Source of the DNA: a bacterium
GTDB lineage: Bacteria; UBA8248; JACPRG01; G963555815
Assembly: GCA_965261595.1 (NCBI GenBank)
Contig: CBDHDG010000004.1
Location: forward strand, 320,001 to 384,000
Length of the DNA: 64,000 nt
Direction: 5' to 3'
Position numbers and translations under genes: made by a program. A model generated the notes under the pieces. That model was given only the letters and a program-made list of their open reading frames with translations. It had not been told where the DNA came from and searched no databases. The number at the start of each line of letters is the position of its first letter. Within the stretch, counting starts at the first letter, position 1. Below, piece by piece: positions 40,654 through 51,132 of this stretch.

Positions 40654-43182
40654 TCACTCATTCCTGAGGACGGGCCAGGCCTTTCGGCTCAGGACGCCGC
40701 GGACGCTGGCCAAACCCAGAATCAAGGTCGCGCCCGCCCCCCCCGCGACGATCGTGATGAGCGGGACGGGCAGGAAGATCCAAGGGGTCCGAAGGACCCA
40801 CTCGACAAAGGCGTACGAAATCAAGGTCCCCAGGAGGGACGCAAGCAGGGCCGTCGCCAATCCCTGAATGGAGAACTCGGCCACCAGGGAAAGAACTATG
40901 TCCCTTCGGGTGGCGCCGACGACCTTGAAGATCACCACCTCGTAGTGGCGGCTTCTGAGATTCGCCCGGAGCGCCTGAACCAGGACGAGCAGGCCCGTCG
41001 CAAGGGTCACCCAGGCCATGGCCTTCACCGCGAGACCGATCTTTCGCAGGATCTCCCCCACGTCCCTGAGGACATCTTTGATGTACACCGGCACGACGTT
41101 GGGGAACCTCCGCGTGACAGTCCTGAACAGGGCCGATTCCGTCTCATCCGCCGCGTAGGCCGTCGCGAGGTAGGTCACCGGCGCCCCGTCCAGCGCCCCG
41201 GGCGCGAGGACGATTACGTGATTCAGGTCCAACGAACCCCAACTGATTTTCCGCAGGCTGGCGATCCGCGCCCGGATCTCCCGCCCGAGAATCGTAAGCG
41301 TCAGGGTGTCGCCCACCCCCACGCCGAACCCTCTCGCAATCCTTTGATCCAATGAGAGAAGCGGCTTTCCCCGGTAGTCTTCCGGCCACCACTTCCCCTC
41401 GGTCACAACCGTTCCCTCCGGCATCTTCGCCGCGTACGTCATCGCCCGGTCTCTCCGCAACGTCCAGCCCACATCCGGGTCGATTCGGGCTTCGTCCGCC
41501 GGCACACCATTGATCCGGACAATCCGGCCGCGGATCAACGGCCGGCTCTCCATCCGCGACACCCCCGGCGCGGACCGGACGACCCTCCTGAACTCTTCAA
41601 TCCGCGAAGGCTGGACGTCCAGAAAAAAGTACGACGGCGCAACCTCGGGAAGCGCCCGCTCAATCCGGGTCCGCAAATTCCCCTCCACCAGGGCCACGGC
41701 GGCCAGGGCGGTCAACCCGAGGCCCAGCGAGAAGAAGACCTTCGTTGTGAGCGCGCCCGGCCGGTGGAGGTTGGCCAGGGCTTGACGAAGCCGCGGCCCC
41801 TTGGGCGCCGGCGCCGAGGCCGCCGCCTTCATCATCAGTCCGGCCAATGCCCGGAATAGGACGGCGCTCCCGGCCGCCGCCGCCGCGAACCCCGCCGTCA
41901 AGCGGCCGTCTCCGGTGAAATTCCAAGTCAAACCGAACAGGGCCGACAAGGTCAGAACAACGGCAACGCCCGCCCGCAAGGAGGGCTTTCGGGGCGCCAC
42001 GTCCGCATAGCCGCGAAAGAGCCGGGCCGGAGAAATCGCCCCGGCGGCGGACAGGGGCCAGAGGGAGAAGGCGAGCGCCGTCAGGACACCGTAGGCCGCT
42101 GCCGTCAGGAGGGTCTGCGGATCCAGCGCAATGCCGGCCGCGACACCGAAACCTTCCGCGATCAGGGAGAACACAGCGGCCGAAAAGGCCAGCCCGCCCC
42201 CGATCCCGAGTGCGCTCCCCGCCAAGGCCAGCGCCAGCGTCTGGAACAGGTAGATCGAAACGATCAGCCCGCGGCTCGCGCCCAGACATTTCATCGCGGC
42301 GATCGAGTCACCTCGGCTCTCCAGGTGGCTCCTGACGGCGCCCGCCGCGCCGATCCCGCCGACCAGCAGGGTGGCGAGACTCACCAGGGTGAGGTAAAGC
42401 GTCATGTGCTCGAAGAAATGCTCGAGGCGGGCCGTGGCCGATCCGTAGTCCCGGATCCGCCAGCCGGCGCCGGGAAACCGCGTCTTGAGCTCCCGCTTCA
42501 CGGCGTCCAGGCTCGACGGTTCGGCCAACCGCACCTTGTAAAAATAGAAGACCACGCTTCCGGGCCGGACGAGACCTGTCCCGGGCAGCGCCTCCAGCCC
42601 CACCATCAGGCGGGGGCCGAGCTGGAAGAACCGGCTTGCCTTGTCGGGTTCCCGCGCGATGACGCCGGTGATCCGCAACTCCGCGCTCCCGAGCCGGATC
42701 CGGTCGCCGACTTTTACCCCGAGCCGCGTCAGCAGGGCCGAATCGACGACGGCCCCGAACACGCCGTCCCGCTCGGCCAGGGCCGCGGCCGCGCTCCCGC
42801 CCAATTTGAGTTTCAGCTCGCCGAAAAGCGGGTATGCGCCGTCCACCGCCTTCAGCTCGACCAACGAGGGATTGCCGGCGGCGGAGCGCGCCATGGCCCG
42901 CATCCGGGCGCCCTCCGACACCCGGCCCCGGGCCCTCAGGAACCGGAGCGCCTCGGGCCGCAAACGCCGATAGCTTTGGCTCAACTCCAGGCCCCCGCCC
43001 AGCAGTTTTCGGGCGTCCTTTCGGAGGGCCTCGCCGACCGAATCGGAAAGGGTTCCGACCGCGGTCATCGCACCGACGCCGATGGCCAGACAGGCCAGGA
43101 ACAACCCGAACCCTTTCGGCCCGCCGCGCATCTCGCGCCCGGCCAGCCGCAACGCCAACGCCAAGTCCCGGCCCGCCCTCAT
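40654..43182 (-). CDS. FtsX-like ABC permease (YbbP-type)
   Basis: 842 aa; REMRGG..FLACLAIGV, ELKAVDGAYPLFG, LVGGIG, PSYFFLDVQP. Confidence 0.9.
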   Translation of the reverse strand: MRAGRDLALALRLAGREMRGGPKGFGLFLACLAIGVGAMTAVGTLSDSVGEALRKDARKLLGGGLELSQSYRRLRPEALRFLRARGRVSEGARMRAMARSAAGNPSLVELKAVDGAYPLFGELKLKLGGSAAAALAERDGVFGAVVDSALLTRLGVKVGDRIRLGSAELRITGVIAREPDKASRFFQLGPRLMVGLEALPGTGLVRPGSVVFYFYKVRLAEPSSLDAVKRELKTRFPGAGWRIRDYGSATARLEHFFEHMTLYLTLVSLATLLVGGIGAAGAVRSHLESRGDSIAAMKCLGASRGLIVSIYLFQTLALALAGSALGIGGGLAFSAAVFSLIAEGFGVAAGIALDPQTLLTAAAYGVLTALAFSLWPLSAAGAISPARLFRGYADVAPRKPSLRAGVAVVLTLSALFGLTWNFTGDGRLTAGFAAAAAGSAVLFRALAGLMMKAAASAPAPKGPRLRQALANLHRPGALTTKVFFSLGLGLTALAAVALVEGNLRTRIERALPEVAPSYFFLDVQPSRIEEFRRVVRSAPGVSRMESRPLIRGRIVRINGVPADEARIDPDVGWTLRRDRAMTYAAKMPEGTVVTEGKWWPEDYRGKPLLSLDQRIARGFGVGVGDTLTLTILGREIRARIASLRKISWGSLDLNHVIVLAPGALDGAPVTYLATAYAADETESALFRTVTRRFPNVVPVYIKDVLRDVGEILRKIGLAVKAMAWVTLATGLLVLVQALRANLRSRHYEVVIFKVVGATRRDIVLSLVAEFSIQGLATALLASLLGTLISYAFVEWVLRTPWIFLPVPLITIVAGGAGATLILGLASVRGVLSRKAWPVLRNE

Positions 43183-43871
43183 GGCGGCGGCTCCTCCCCG
43201 CCTGCCAGGCGAAGCACGCCGTCCCGCATGAGCGCGTGGCGGTCGCAGCGCGGCGTCACGGAGGGGTCGTGGGTGATGAAGATCATGGTGGTCCCATACC
43301 GCTTCTGTAGGGAAAAGAGCAGATCGATGACCCGCCCGCCGGTTTCGGCGTCGAGGTTTCCGGTGGGCTCATCCGCAAGAAGAATGGACGGCCGCGCGAC
43401 GAACGCCCGGGCGATGGCCGCGCGCTGCTGCTCTCCGCCCGAAAGCTGAGCGGGATAATGCTTGACGCGCCCGCCCAGCCCCACCGCCTCCAGACTCTCG
43501 GCGGCCCGGGCCATGGCGTCTTTCGCGCCGGCGAACTCCAGCGGCAACGCAACGTTTTCGAGGGCTGTCAGGGTCGGCGCCAGGTGAAACGACTGGAAGA
43601 CGATGCCGATGTGCTCGCGCCGGACCCGGGCCAGCTTGTCCTCGTCGAGCGGGCCGAGATCCCGGCCGGCCACACAGACGCGGCCGGAGGTCGGCTTCTC
43701 CAGGCCGGAGATCACCATCAGGAGAGTGGTCTTTCCGGAACCGGACGGCCCGACAACGCTCAGCGTTTCCCCGGCCGAAAGACGCAGATCGACGCCGCGC
43801 AGGATCTTGACGGGGCCGCTGCCGCCCGTTAACGTCAAGTGGATATCGTCGAGAAGAACAAGAGGCTTCAT
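43179..43871 (-). CDS. ABC ATP-binding protein (YbbA-type)
   Basis: GPSGSGKTT, LSGGEQQR, ADEPTGNLD. Confidence 0.92.
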   Translation of the reverse strand: MKPLVLLDDIHLTLTGGSGPVKILRGVDLRLSAGETLSVVGPSGSGKTTLLMVISGLEKPTSGRVCVAGRDLGPLDEDKLARVRREHIGIVFQSFHLAPTLTALENVALPLEFAGAKDAMARAAESLEAVGLGGRVKHYPAQLSGGEQQRAAIARAFVARPSILLADEPTGNLDAETGGRVIDLLFSLQKRYGTTMIFITHDPSVTPRCDRHALMRDGVLRLAGGEEPPP

Positions 43872-43991
43872 GGGAACGGTTATCCGGATCGTCCGGACCG
43901 GCGCGGGCGGGATTCCCCGCGCGTCGGGAGGTTTCCCCGCCGAGCCGGACTCGACATCGAAATTCCTTCAACAAGGCAAAACGCCTCGACC

Positions 43992-44681
43992 ATGAGACAT
44001 CGCCCACGAGCCGCCGGGGGGGAGAGGCCATCGCGTTCAGTGTGGACGGGCCTCACGCCAATCCTCATCCTCTTATTTTTGACGCAAACCGGTTCCGCCG
44101 TCCATGCGGGCGCGACACGCCGGACCCTCACGATTCTGGCCTTTGGGGACAGCCTGACGGCGGGGCGCGGCCTGCCCTTGCGGAAATCCTATCCCTCGCT
44201 CCTCGAGGCCGCGCTGAGGCGGGACGGGTTTCAGGTCAAACTGATCAACGCCGGGGTCTCCGGCGACACAACAGCCGGGGGGCTCTCGCGCCTGGACTGG
44301 GCGCTGGGGGACAACCCGGCGATCGCCGTCGTCGAGCTCGGCGCGAACGACGGGCTTCGGGGTCTGAAGCCGAAGCAGACCGAAGCCAACCTCGACGCGA
44401 TCCTGACAAAGCTGAAAAAACGCGGCGTCCTCGTCCTCCTGACCGGGATGTACGCCCCGCCGAACATGGGCCGCGCGTTCGGCCGGCGGTTCAACGCCAT
44501 CTTCCCGCGCCTCGCCGAAAAATACAACGTCCTCTTCTACCCCTTCTTCCTGGAAGGCGTGGCCGGGAAACCCGCCTTGAACCAGGCGGACGGCCTCCAC
44601 CCCAACGAAGAGGGCGCGGCGATCATCGCCCGAAGGCTTTATCCCTATGTCCGGAAACTCATCGAGATCACCCGGAGATAA
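43992..44681 (+). CDS. tesA: Arylesterase / SGNH hydrolase (TesA-like)
   Basis: FGDSLTAG, NAGVSGDTT, ELGANDGLRG, DGLHPN; divergent from the ybbA/ybbP-like genes, the usual arrangement. Confidence 0.9.
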   Translation: MRHRPRAAGGERPSRSVWTGLTPILILLFLTQTGSAVHAGATRRTLTILAFGDSLTAGRGLPLRKSYPSLLEAALRRDGFQVKLINAGVSGDTTAGGLSRLDWALGDNPAIAVVELGANDGLRGLKPKQTEANLDAILTKLKKRGVLVLLTGMYAPPNMGRAFGRRFNAIFPRLAEKYNVLFYPFFLEGVAGKPALNQADGLHPNEEGAAIIARRLYPYVRKLIEITRR

Positions 44682-44953
44682 ACGACCTGAAAAGAATTTC
44701 CAGCCGCCGAATTTTTGACTGGAGTCTCGCCGGAAGTTCAGGTAGACTACTTTTTTTCAACCACTGGATGGAGAAGCTGGGGGCTCCGCCCGGCCTGCCC
44801 GCGGGACTTGAGGACACGCATGAGACCTTCGACTCCCGGGGGATTTCCCGCTCCGGGAGAAGTCGGCAAGGGGGACAAGAAGGCCTTTCGGAAGTTTTGC
44901 CGTATCCTGACGGCCTTAAAATAAGCCAGCGCAAACACATGAAGGAGGGAGCA

Positions 44954-45982
44954 ATGAAAAAGGGATTGACCATTTTGGCGGCATTTCTGTTGTTGGCGGG
45001 ACTCTCCGTCCAAGCGAGCGCCGCCAAAAAAACCACGTTCCTGCTGGACTGGATTTTCTACGGCAAGCACGCCCCGTTCTTCGTCGCCCAGGACATGGGT
45101 CATTTCAAGAAACGCGGCCTGGACATGGAATTCAGGCGGGGATTCGGCTCCGGCGACACCGTCAAGAGGATTGCCGCGAAAGTGGCGCGGATCGGCTTTG
45201 CGGACGCCGGCTCGCTGATCAACGGGCGGGCCAACAGTGACGTCAAGGTCGTGGAAGTCGCCATGATCCACGCCAAACCCATCCAGGTCGTGGTCTTTTT
45301 ACAGGAAAACAACAACTGGAAATCGCCCAGGGACATGGTCGGGGCCAAGATTGGCTCGCCTGTCGGCGCGTCAACGCGCGTTACATTTCCCGCCCTGGCC
45401 GGCGCCAACGGGTTAAAAAAAGGCGACGTCACATGGATCACAATGCCCTACGGCCAGGTGGTTCCATCGTTGCTGCTCGGCAAAACGGATGCCGCCGTCT
45501 TGTTCGCCACCGAGCTTCCCACGATCTGGCCCAAGGCGAAATCATTTGGCAAGACCGTCAAAACCTTTTACTACGGCGACTATGGAGTCGACACGTACAA
45601 CAACGGCGTGATCGTCCACGAAGACACCATCAAGGCCGATCCCAAGTTCGTCCGCGATTCCACGCACGCCGTGATGGAGGCCTGGGCGTGGTCGGTCCTC
45701 CACGTGGACGAAGCCCTGAAAAACTTCCTGAAATACGCCCCGGGGATGAGCGAGCCGATCGTTCGGGGACACTTCGCCTTCGCCATCGAGCATCTGTTCG
45801 ACGATGGCGTCCGGAAGCACGGGTTGGGCTACATAGACTTCAAGAAGATGGACTACTCGGTTGAAATCCTCACCAAGCTTCAGAAGCTGAAAAAGCGCAT
45901 CAAAACGACGGACGTCTACACAAACCGGTTCCTGCCTCAATGGCCGCAAATCAAGGCGACCCTTGGCGACAAGGCCATGTAA
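44954..45982 (+). CDS. ABC substrate-binding protein, NMT1/THI5-like
   Basis: AAGGAGG RBS, signal peptide, LLDW..YGKHAP, RRGFGSG, TYNNG, VYTNRFL. Confidence 0.9.
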   Translation: MKKGLTILAAFLLLAGLSVQASAAKKTTFLLDWIFYGKHAPFFVAQDMGHFKKRGLDMEFRRGFGSGDTVKRIAAKVARIGFADAGSLINGRANSDVKVVEVAMIHAKPIQVVVFLQENNNWKSPRDMVGAKIGSPVGASTRVTFPALAGANGLKKGDVTWITMPYGQVVPSLLLGKTDAAVLFATELPTIWPKAKSFGKTVKTFYYGDYGVDTYNNGVIVHEDTIKADPKFVRDSTHAVMEAWAWSVLHVDEALKNFLKYAPGMSEPIVRGHFAFAIEHLFDDGVRKHGLGYIDFKKMDYSVEILTKLQKLKKRIKTTDVYTNRFLPQWPQIKATLGDKAM

Positions 45983-46038
45983 AACAGCTGCCCCGAGAGG
46001 CGTCCGAACCGCTTCTCGCGAAAAGGCGACCACCGAAC

Positions 46039-46716
46039 ATGGCGGACATCAACGTTCACGCGGAGCCGGGCGATTTCGCGTTCGACCCCGAAACGGCCGG
46101 ACTCCTCGTGATCGACATGCAGAACGATTTCTGTCGCCCGGGAGGATACTTGTCCTTCCGGGTGCCGGACATCACCCTGCTTCAAAGACCCATCGAGCCC
46201 CTTCAGCAGGTCCTCAAGGCCTGCCGAAACGCGGGCATGACCATCCTCCACACCCGGGAAGGCCACCGGCCCGACCTCTCGGACTGCCCCCCCTCCAAGC
46301 TCGCCAAGAACCACAGCCTGGAACACGGCATCGGGCAGGAGGGCCCCCTCGGAAAGTTCCTGATCCGGGGGTCGCGCTCTCACGACTTCATCGACGAGCT
46401 TCAACCCGAGCCCGGGGAAGTGGTCATCGACAAGCCGGGGAAAGGGGCCTTCTTCGCGACCGAACTCGACCTGATCCTGCGCACCCGGGGGGTCACCCAC
46501 CTGATCGTCGGGGGCGTCGCCACGCACGTTTGCGTCCAGAGCTCCCTCCGGGAAGCCGCCGACCGGGGCTACTGGAGCCTCGTCCTGGAAGACTGCTGCG
46601 CGTCCTCCGTCCCCGAGCTTCACCACGCGACGTTCGAGATGGTCAAATACGGAGGAGGGATCTTCGGGCAGGTGTCCGACTCGGATGCCTTGCTGAACGC
46701 GTTGGCCGCCGCCTGA
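46039..46716 (+). CDS. Cysteine hydrolase (isochorismatase-like; biuret hydrolase-like)
   Basis: IDMQNDFC..GGY, TREGHRPDL, IDKPGKGAF, THVCV (D-K-C triad). Confidence 0.87.
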   Translation: MADINVHAEPGDFAFDPETAGLLVIDMQNDFCRPGGYLSFRVPDITLLQRPIEPLQQVLKACRNAGMTILHTREGHRPDLSDCPPSKLAKNHSLEHGIGQEGPLGKFLIRGSRSHDFIDELQPEPGEVVIDKPGKGAFFATELDLILRTRGVTHLIVGGVATHVCVQSSLREAADRGYWSLVLEDCCASSVPELHHATFEMVKYGGGIFGQVSDSDALLNALAAA

Positions 46717-46815
46717 GAATCTCAGAAAACCGCGGAAACGTAGCCCGCAGGACCCCGGCGGACCATCAATGGCAAGACCGTAAGACCTGACCCCATCAAG
46801 AGGCGTGTCCGGCCC

Positions 46816-48249
46816 CTACCGATCGAAGTAATCCTCCAGCGCAATCCCGTCCTTCCCCCGCGTCTCGGCGCGCTTGAACATGGCGCGCGTTTCCTCGGGC
46901 AGATCGACGCGGACCGTGGCGTCCAGGGCGAGCTTGCTGCTGGGATAGGCCTTGTGGAAGGCCGAAGGGTCCGGCGAGGCCCCTTTCGCCCCCGGCACGA
47001 CGAAGTATCGCGGCTCTCCCGTATGGGCATCGATGGGCTGGAATCGGGTCGCGATCGCCCACAGGACCTGGGCCTCGTCGAACACGTCGATGTCGTCGTC
47101 CACAACCACGGCGAGCTTGATGTAAGGCGCCGCCCCCAGGACGGCCATCAGCGCCGTCTTCCCCTCCCCCGTCTCGAACCCCTCGGTCGTCGGCCGCCGC
47201 GTCATGGACACGTAGCAATGGAATCCCGCGCCCGAGGGCGGCACGTAAACGTCCCGCACCGTCGGAACGACCCGCCGGACGGCCTCGTGAATCGTCGCCT
47301 CGAAGATCACCGACATAAGGTGAAGGGTGTCCGGATGGCCGGAAAAGATGAATTGGTGGATGGGGTTCTCGCGATGCGTGATGGCCTTCACCGTCACCCG
47401 GGGACCCTGCTTCACCCTGCTGTATGTGAGGGACTGGTCCGCGAAGGGGGCCTCCGGGTGACGCTCGCCCGGGTGGATCTCGGCCTCGATGCACATCTCC
47501 GCCAACGCCGGGATCAGCAGGTCCACCGTCCGGCACGGGACAAGGTCCACCGGCTCGCCGCGCAGGCCGCCCGCGAGGGCCAGCTCGTCCACGCCCATCG
47601 GCGCCCCGTACGAGGCCGCCAGGGTGATCAGCGGGTCGACGCCCGGGAGGATGGCCACCTTCAGGGATTGGCCCTTCTCCTCGCACCGGCGGAAGAGGTC
47701 CGAAATGCCCGAGGTCTGGGTCAGCGACGGGATGAGGGTCTTGCCGTCCTTGACCATGAAGCGGTAAACGCCCATGCCCAGGGTCCCGGTGTCGGGGTCC
47801 CGGGAGACGCACACGCCGCTGGAAATATAGCGGGCGACGTCGTTCTCGTGGTGATGAACCAGCGGAAGCCGGTCCAGCGTGGCGTCGTCGCCGGTCAGAA
47901 CCGTCTCATGAACCGGGCCCGACGCGACGGTCCGGGGGGGGATCGGCATCGCAATCCGCTTCTGGAAAGTCGGGAGAATCTCAGCCTCGGGAACGTTCAG
48001 GGCAAGGGCGAAGTGGGCGCGCCGGGCGAAGAGATTGCTCGTCACGCGCCAGCCGGGAAGGTCTTTGACCGCCTCGAACAGGACGGCCGAGAAATCACCT
48101 CCCTCTTCCATCCGGTCGAGGACGGCGGTCATCTCCCAGGCCGGGTCCGCCGGCCGCTCCGTCCGGCGGAGCGCCCCGTGCTCGTCCAATATGCCGAGGA
48201 AATCCCGAAGATCGCGGTGTCGGACCCATGCTTTTTCAGCCAAAAACAC
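46816..48249 (-). CDS. UbiD-family (prFMN) decarboxylase
   Basis: DLRDFL, RDPDTG...GVYR, EAPFAD, VVVDDDIDVFD..VLWAIATR, DPS..K..LDAT. Confidence 0.9.
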   Translation of the reverse strand: MFLAEKAWVRHRDLRDFLGILDEHGALRRTERPADPAWEMTAVLDRMEEGGDFSAVLFEAVKDLPGWRVTSNLFARRAHFALALNVPEAEILPTFQKRIAMPIPPRTVASGPVHETVLTGDDATLDRLPLVHHHENDVARYISSGVCVSRDPDTGTLGMGVYRFMVKDGKTLIPSLTQTSGISDLFRRCEEKGQSLKVAILPGVDPLITLAASYGAPMGVDELALAGGLRGEPVDLVPCRTVDLLIPALAEMCIEAEIHPGERHPEAPFADQSLTYSRVKQGPRVTVKAITHRENPIHQFIFSGHPDTLHLMSVIFEATIHEAVRRVVPTVRDVYVPPSGAGFHCYVSMTRRPTTEGFETGEGKTALMAVLGAAPYIKLAVVVDDDIDVFDEAQVLWAIATRFQPIDAHTGEPRYFVVPGAKGASPDPSAFHKAYPSSKLALDATVRVDLPEETRAMFKRAETRGKDGIALEDYFDR

Positions 48250-48357
48250 CTCCTCTTCTCCAACCTGGACTTCCGGCCTCTACACTGCGGCCACGATGCG
48301 TCCCTTGTCAAATTCCAGCCGAATCCCCCCGCTCCTCCCGCTCATAGAGCGTCCCGA

Positions 48358-50691
48358 TCATAGAGAATCCCGCTCGCGGAGCGCCGCCAGAATCTTCCGG
48401 GGCGTGACGGGGAGGTCTTTGATCCGGACGCCGACGGCATCGTAGACGGCGTTGGCGATGGCCGCTCCGCAGGCGTTCAGGGCGCACTCCGAGCATCCCT
48501 TGGCCCCGAAAGGACCGTGGGGGTCGATGGATTCGATCAAGATCGAGCCGAAGTTGGGCAGCCCCTCGGCCTTGGGCACGGTGTAATCGGCGAGGTTGCC
48601 GTTCACGAACCTCCCGTTGTCCAGGACGGGGTCTTCGAACATCGCGAACCCGAATCCCTGCGCCATCTCGCCGTGAATCTGCCCTTCCACGGTCAGGGGG
48701 TTGATGACCCGGCCGAGGTCGTCGGCCGCGATCACCTCTTCCAACCGGACCCCGCCCGTCTCGGTGTCCACCGCCGCGACGGCCACGACGCAGACAAAGG
48801 AAGAGGCGGCGGTGACCTTCCCGTAGCGGGTCTCGGGATCGGGCAGCTCGGTGGGCGAATCCCAACTCGCCTCGGCGGACACGGTGGCTTCCCCTGACAG
48901 GGAGCGGTTCGCCTTCACGACCTCTTCCAGGGAAATGGACCTCTCGGGCGCGCCCTTCATCGAGACAACGCCGGCATCCAGCGTCAGGTCCCCCGGATCG
49001 ACCTCCAGCCGGTCCGCGGCGATATCGAGAACCCGTTCCAGGCAGGCGGCGGCCGCCTTCTGGACGGCGTTTCCCGCAATCATCGTCAGCCGGCTCGCAT
49101 ATCCTCCCAGGGAGTAGGGCGTGTTCCCCGTATCGGCCTCCGCGACCTCGACGGCCCGGAATTCCAATCCCAGCGCTTCGGCCGTGAACTGCGCCAGGAC
49201 CGTCTTGGCCCCCTGTCCGAGCTCCCCTTCGCCGCAGATGAGCCTCGCCTTCCCCTCCTCGGTGATCTCTACAACCGCCGATGAACCGTCCCACCCTCCG
49301 CCGTCTCCCGCTATCGAGTGCTGCCGGATCGAAGTCGAGTGAATGGCGCACGCCAACCCCACGCCCCTGCGGACGGGGCCCGCTTTCGGCGCGGACCGGC
49401 GCCGCCGCCAATCCACGGCGGCGACCGCCTTCTCGACGCACTCGCTGACGGCGCAGCTGTCCATCTTCCAGCCGTGGACGCTGGTGTCGCCCTGTTGGAT
49501 GAGGTTCCGGAGGCGGAGCTCCGCCGGGTCCATCCCCAGCTTTTCCGCGAGGGTGTCCAGGTGGGATTCGAGCGCGAAGGCCATCTGAACGTTGCCGAAT
49601 CCCCTGAAGGCCCCCGCCGGGAGGAGATTGGTGTAGGCGAGCCAGGCGTCCGTTTTGATGTTTTCCATCCGGTACAGGCAGTCCATTCTCATGGCCATGC
49701 ACTGGATGACCTCGGGCGACAGGCAGGAGCAGGCCCCGTTGTTTCCGTAAATCCACGTCTCTTTCGCGGCAATCGTCCCGTCCTTCCGCACACCCATCTT
49801 GAGGCGGGTCTTCGAGGGCATGCGCGGGCGCGAGGCCCCGAACTCGTCCAGCCGGTTGTTGAGGAAACGAACGGGCCGGCCCAGCTTCAAGGCCAGGAAG
49901 AGCGTGATGAGGGCAGTGGCGTCCTCGTTCAGCTTTCCGCCGAACGCGCCCCCGATGTGCGGTTGAACCACCCGGAGGTCCTCCGGGGCCAGGTCCAGGG
50001 CCTCACAGAGGTACCGGTGCGTGAGGTGGATGGACTGCGTGGGGGCGTAGAGGGTCGCGCGGCCCCGGCCATCGGCGTCCGCCAGGGCGCCGAGAGGCTC
50101 CATGTAGGTCTGAAACTGGTAGGGCGTGGTGTAGACGTCTTCATGAATGACAGCGGATTCCGCGAACCCCCGCTCGACGTCCCCCCGGCGAATGCGGACC
50201 TCCTGGGCGAGGTTGTTCTCGGCCTCGTTGATCCGCGGCGCGCCCGGGGCCAGGGCCTCTTCGGGATCGAAAACGGCGGGCAGCGCTTCATACTCGACGT
50301 CGATCCGCTCCAGGGCCTCCAGCGCGGCGTCCTCGCTCTCCGCCGCCACGGCGGCGACTTCCTCGCCCACGTAACGGACCTTTCCGCGGGCCAGGACGTA
50401 TTGGTCCTTGTGAATGATCCCCCAGGGCCGCTCCGGGGCGTCCTCGCCGGTGAAGACGGCCGCGACGCCCGGGACCTCGGCCGCCCGGCCCGTGTCCACC
50501 CGCAGGATGCGCGCGTGGGCGTGGGGGCTTCGCAGAATCTTGGTGTGAAGCATCCCGGGAAGGCTCATGTCTCCGACGTAACGGGCGCCCCCCCGGACCT
50601 TCTCGGGCGCGTCGATCTGAGGAATGGGTTGACCGACAACGCGTGGACTATCCATCGTGACGTTCCAAGGTGAAAACCTCATTTCTTCCAT
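48358..50691 (-). CDS. Xanthine dehydrogenase-family molybdopterin-binding large subunit
   Basis: LRSPHAHA, GGAFGGK, AFRGFG, GELGQG, VEGQIHG, GPFGAKGCSE; start may be 50655. Confidence 0.93.
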   Translation of the reverse strand: MEEMRFSPWNVTMDSPRVVGQPIPQIDAPEKVRGGARYVGDMSLPGMLHTKILRSPHAHARILRVDTGRAAEVPGVAAVFTGEDAPERPWGIIHKDQYVLARGKVRYVGEEVAAVAAESEDAALEALERIDVEYEALPAVFDPEEALAPGAPRINEAENNLAQEVRIRRGDVERGFAESAVIHEDVYTTPYQFQTYMEPLGALADADGRGRATLYAPTQSIHLTHRYLCEALDLAPEDLRVVQPHIGGAFGGKLNEDATALITLFLALKLGRPVRFLNNRLDEFGASRPRMPSKTRLKMGVRKDGTIAAKETWIYGNNGACSCLSPEVIQCMAMRMDCLYRMENIKTDAWLAYTNLLPAGAFRGFGNVQMAFALESHLDTLAEKLGMDPAELRLRNLIQQGDTSVHGWKMDSCAVSECVEKAVAAVDWRRRRSAPKAGPVRRGVGLACAIHSTSIRQHSIAGDGGGWDGSSAVVEITEEGKARLICGEGELGQGAKTVLAQFTAEALGLEFRAVEVAEADTGNTPYSLGGYASRLTMIAGNAVQKAAAACLERVLDIAADRLEVDPGDLTLDAGVVSMKGAPERSISLEEVVKANRSLSGEATVSAEASWDSPTELPDPETRYGKVTAASSFVCVVAVAAVDTETGGVRLEEVIAADDLGRVINPLTVEGQIHGEMAQGFGFAMFEDPVLDNGRFVNGNLADYTVPKAEGLPNFGSILIESIDPHGPFGAKGCSECALNACGAAIANAVYDAVGVRIKDLPVTPRKILAALRERDSL

Positions 50692-51132
50692 CGGCGCGCA
50701 TTTGGCGCCACGGCCGTCTAAAGGGACGCCCGGGTGATCCCGGCCGTCCCGGTGAACAGGGTCTCATCACTCGTATTTTCACCAACGATTCCCCGCAAGG
50801 CAAGGCGCGGGATCGATATCCGTAAGCGGGTCCCCCATCCCCCCCCTCCCGCACCCATCCCCGCAAGCGTTGCGGGGCATGGGATTAGGCGCATCCGTGA
50901 TTTTCCGGGCAGCCGGGTTGAGCGGTTTCGACTTTCTCAGTTCAGGCGAACGGCAGCTATTCCCGAAGGCTATCAGGGGGGGGTCGGGCTAACGCCTGTT
51001 AACCAGAAGAATGTCGCCATCCCCCTCCCGCCGTGATACGCTGTCGGTCCGTGTCATACTTCCTCTCTCCCCATCCCCTCGGGCTCCCCGCCCTTGGCCC
51101 CTTAGAACGAACGTCCGGAAAAGGAGTTGCCG

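Noticed and set aside
44042..45982. 646-aa ORF as a fusion protein (likewise 51033-53120, 38014-39567, 11026-12507)
   Set aside because: The N-terminal extensions overlap other genes or intergenic DNA; starts with RBS or stop overlap lie downstream (44954, 52215, 38275, 11245).
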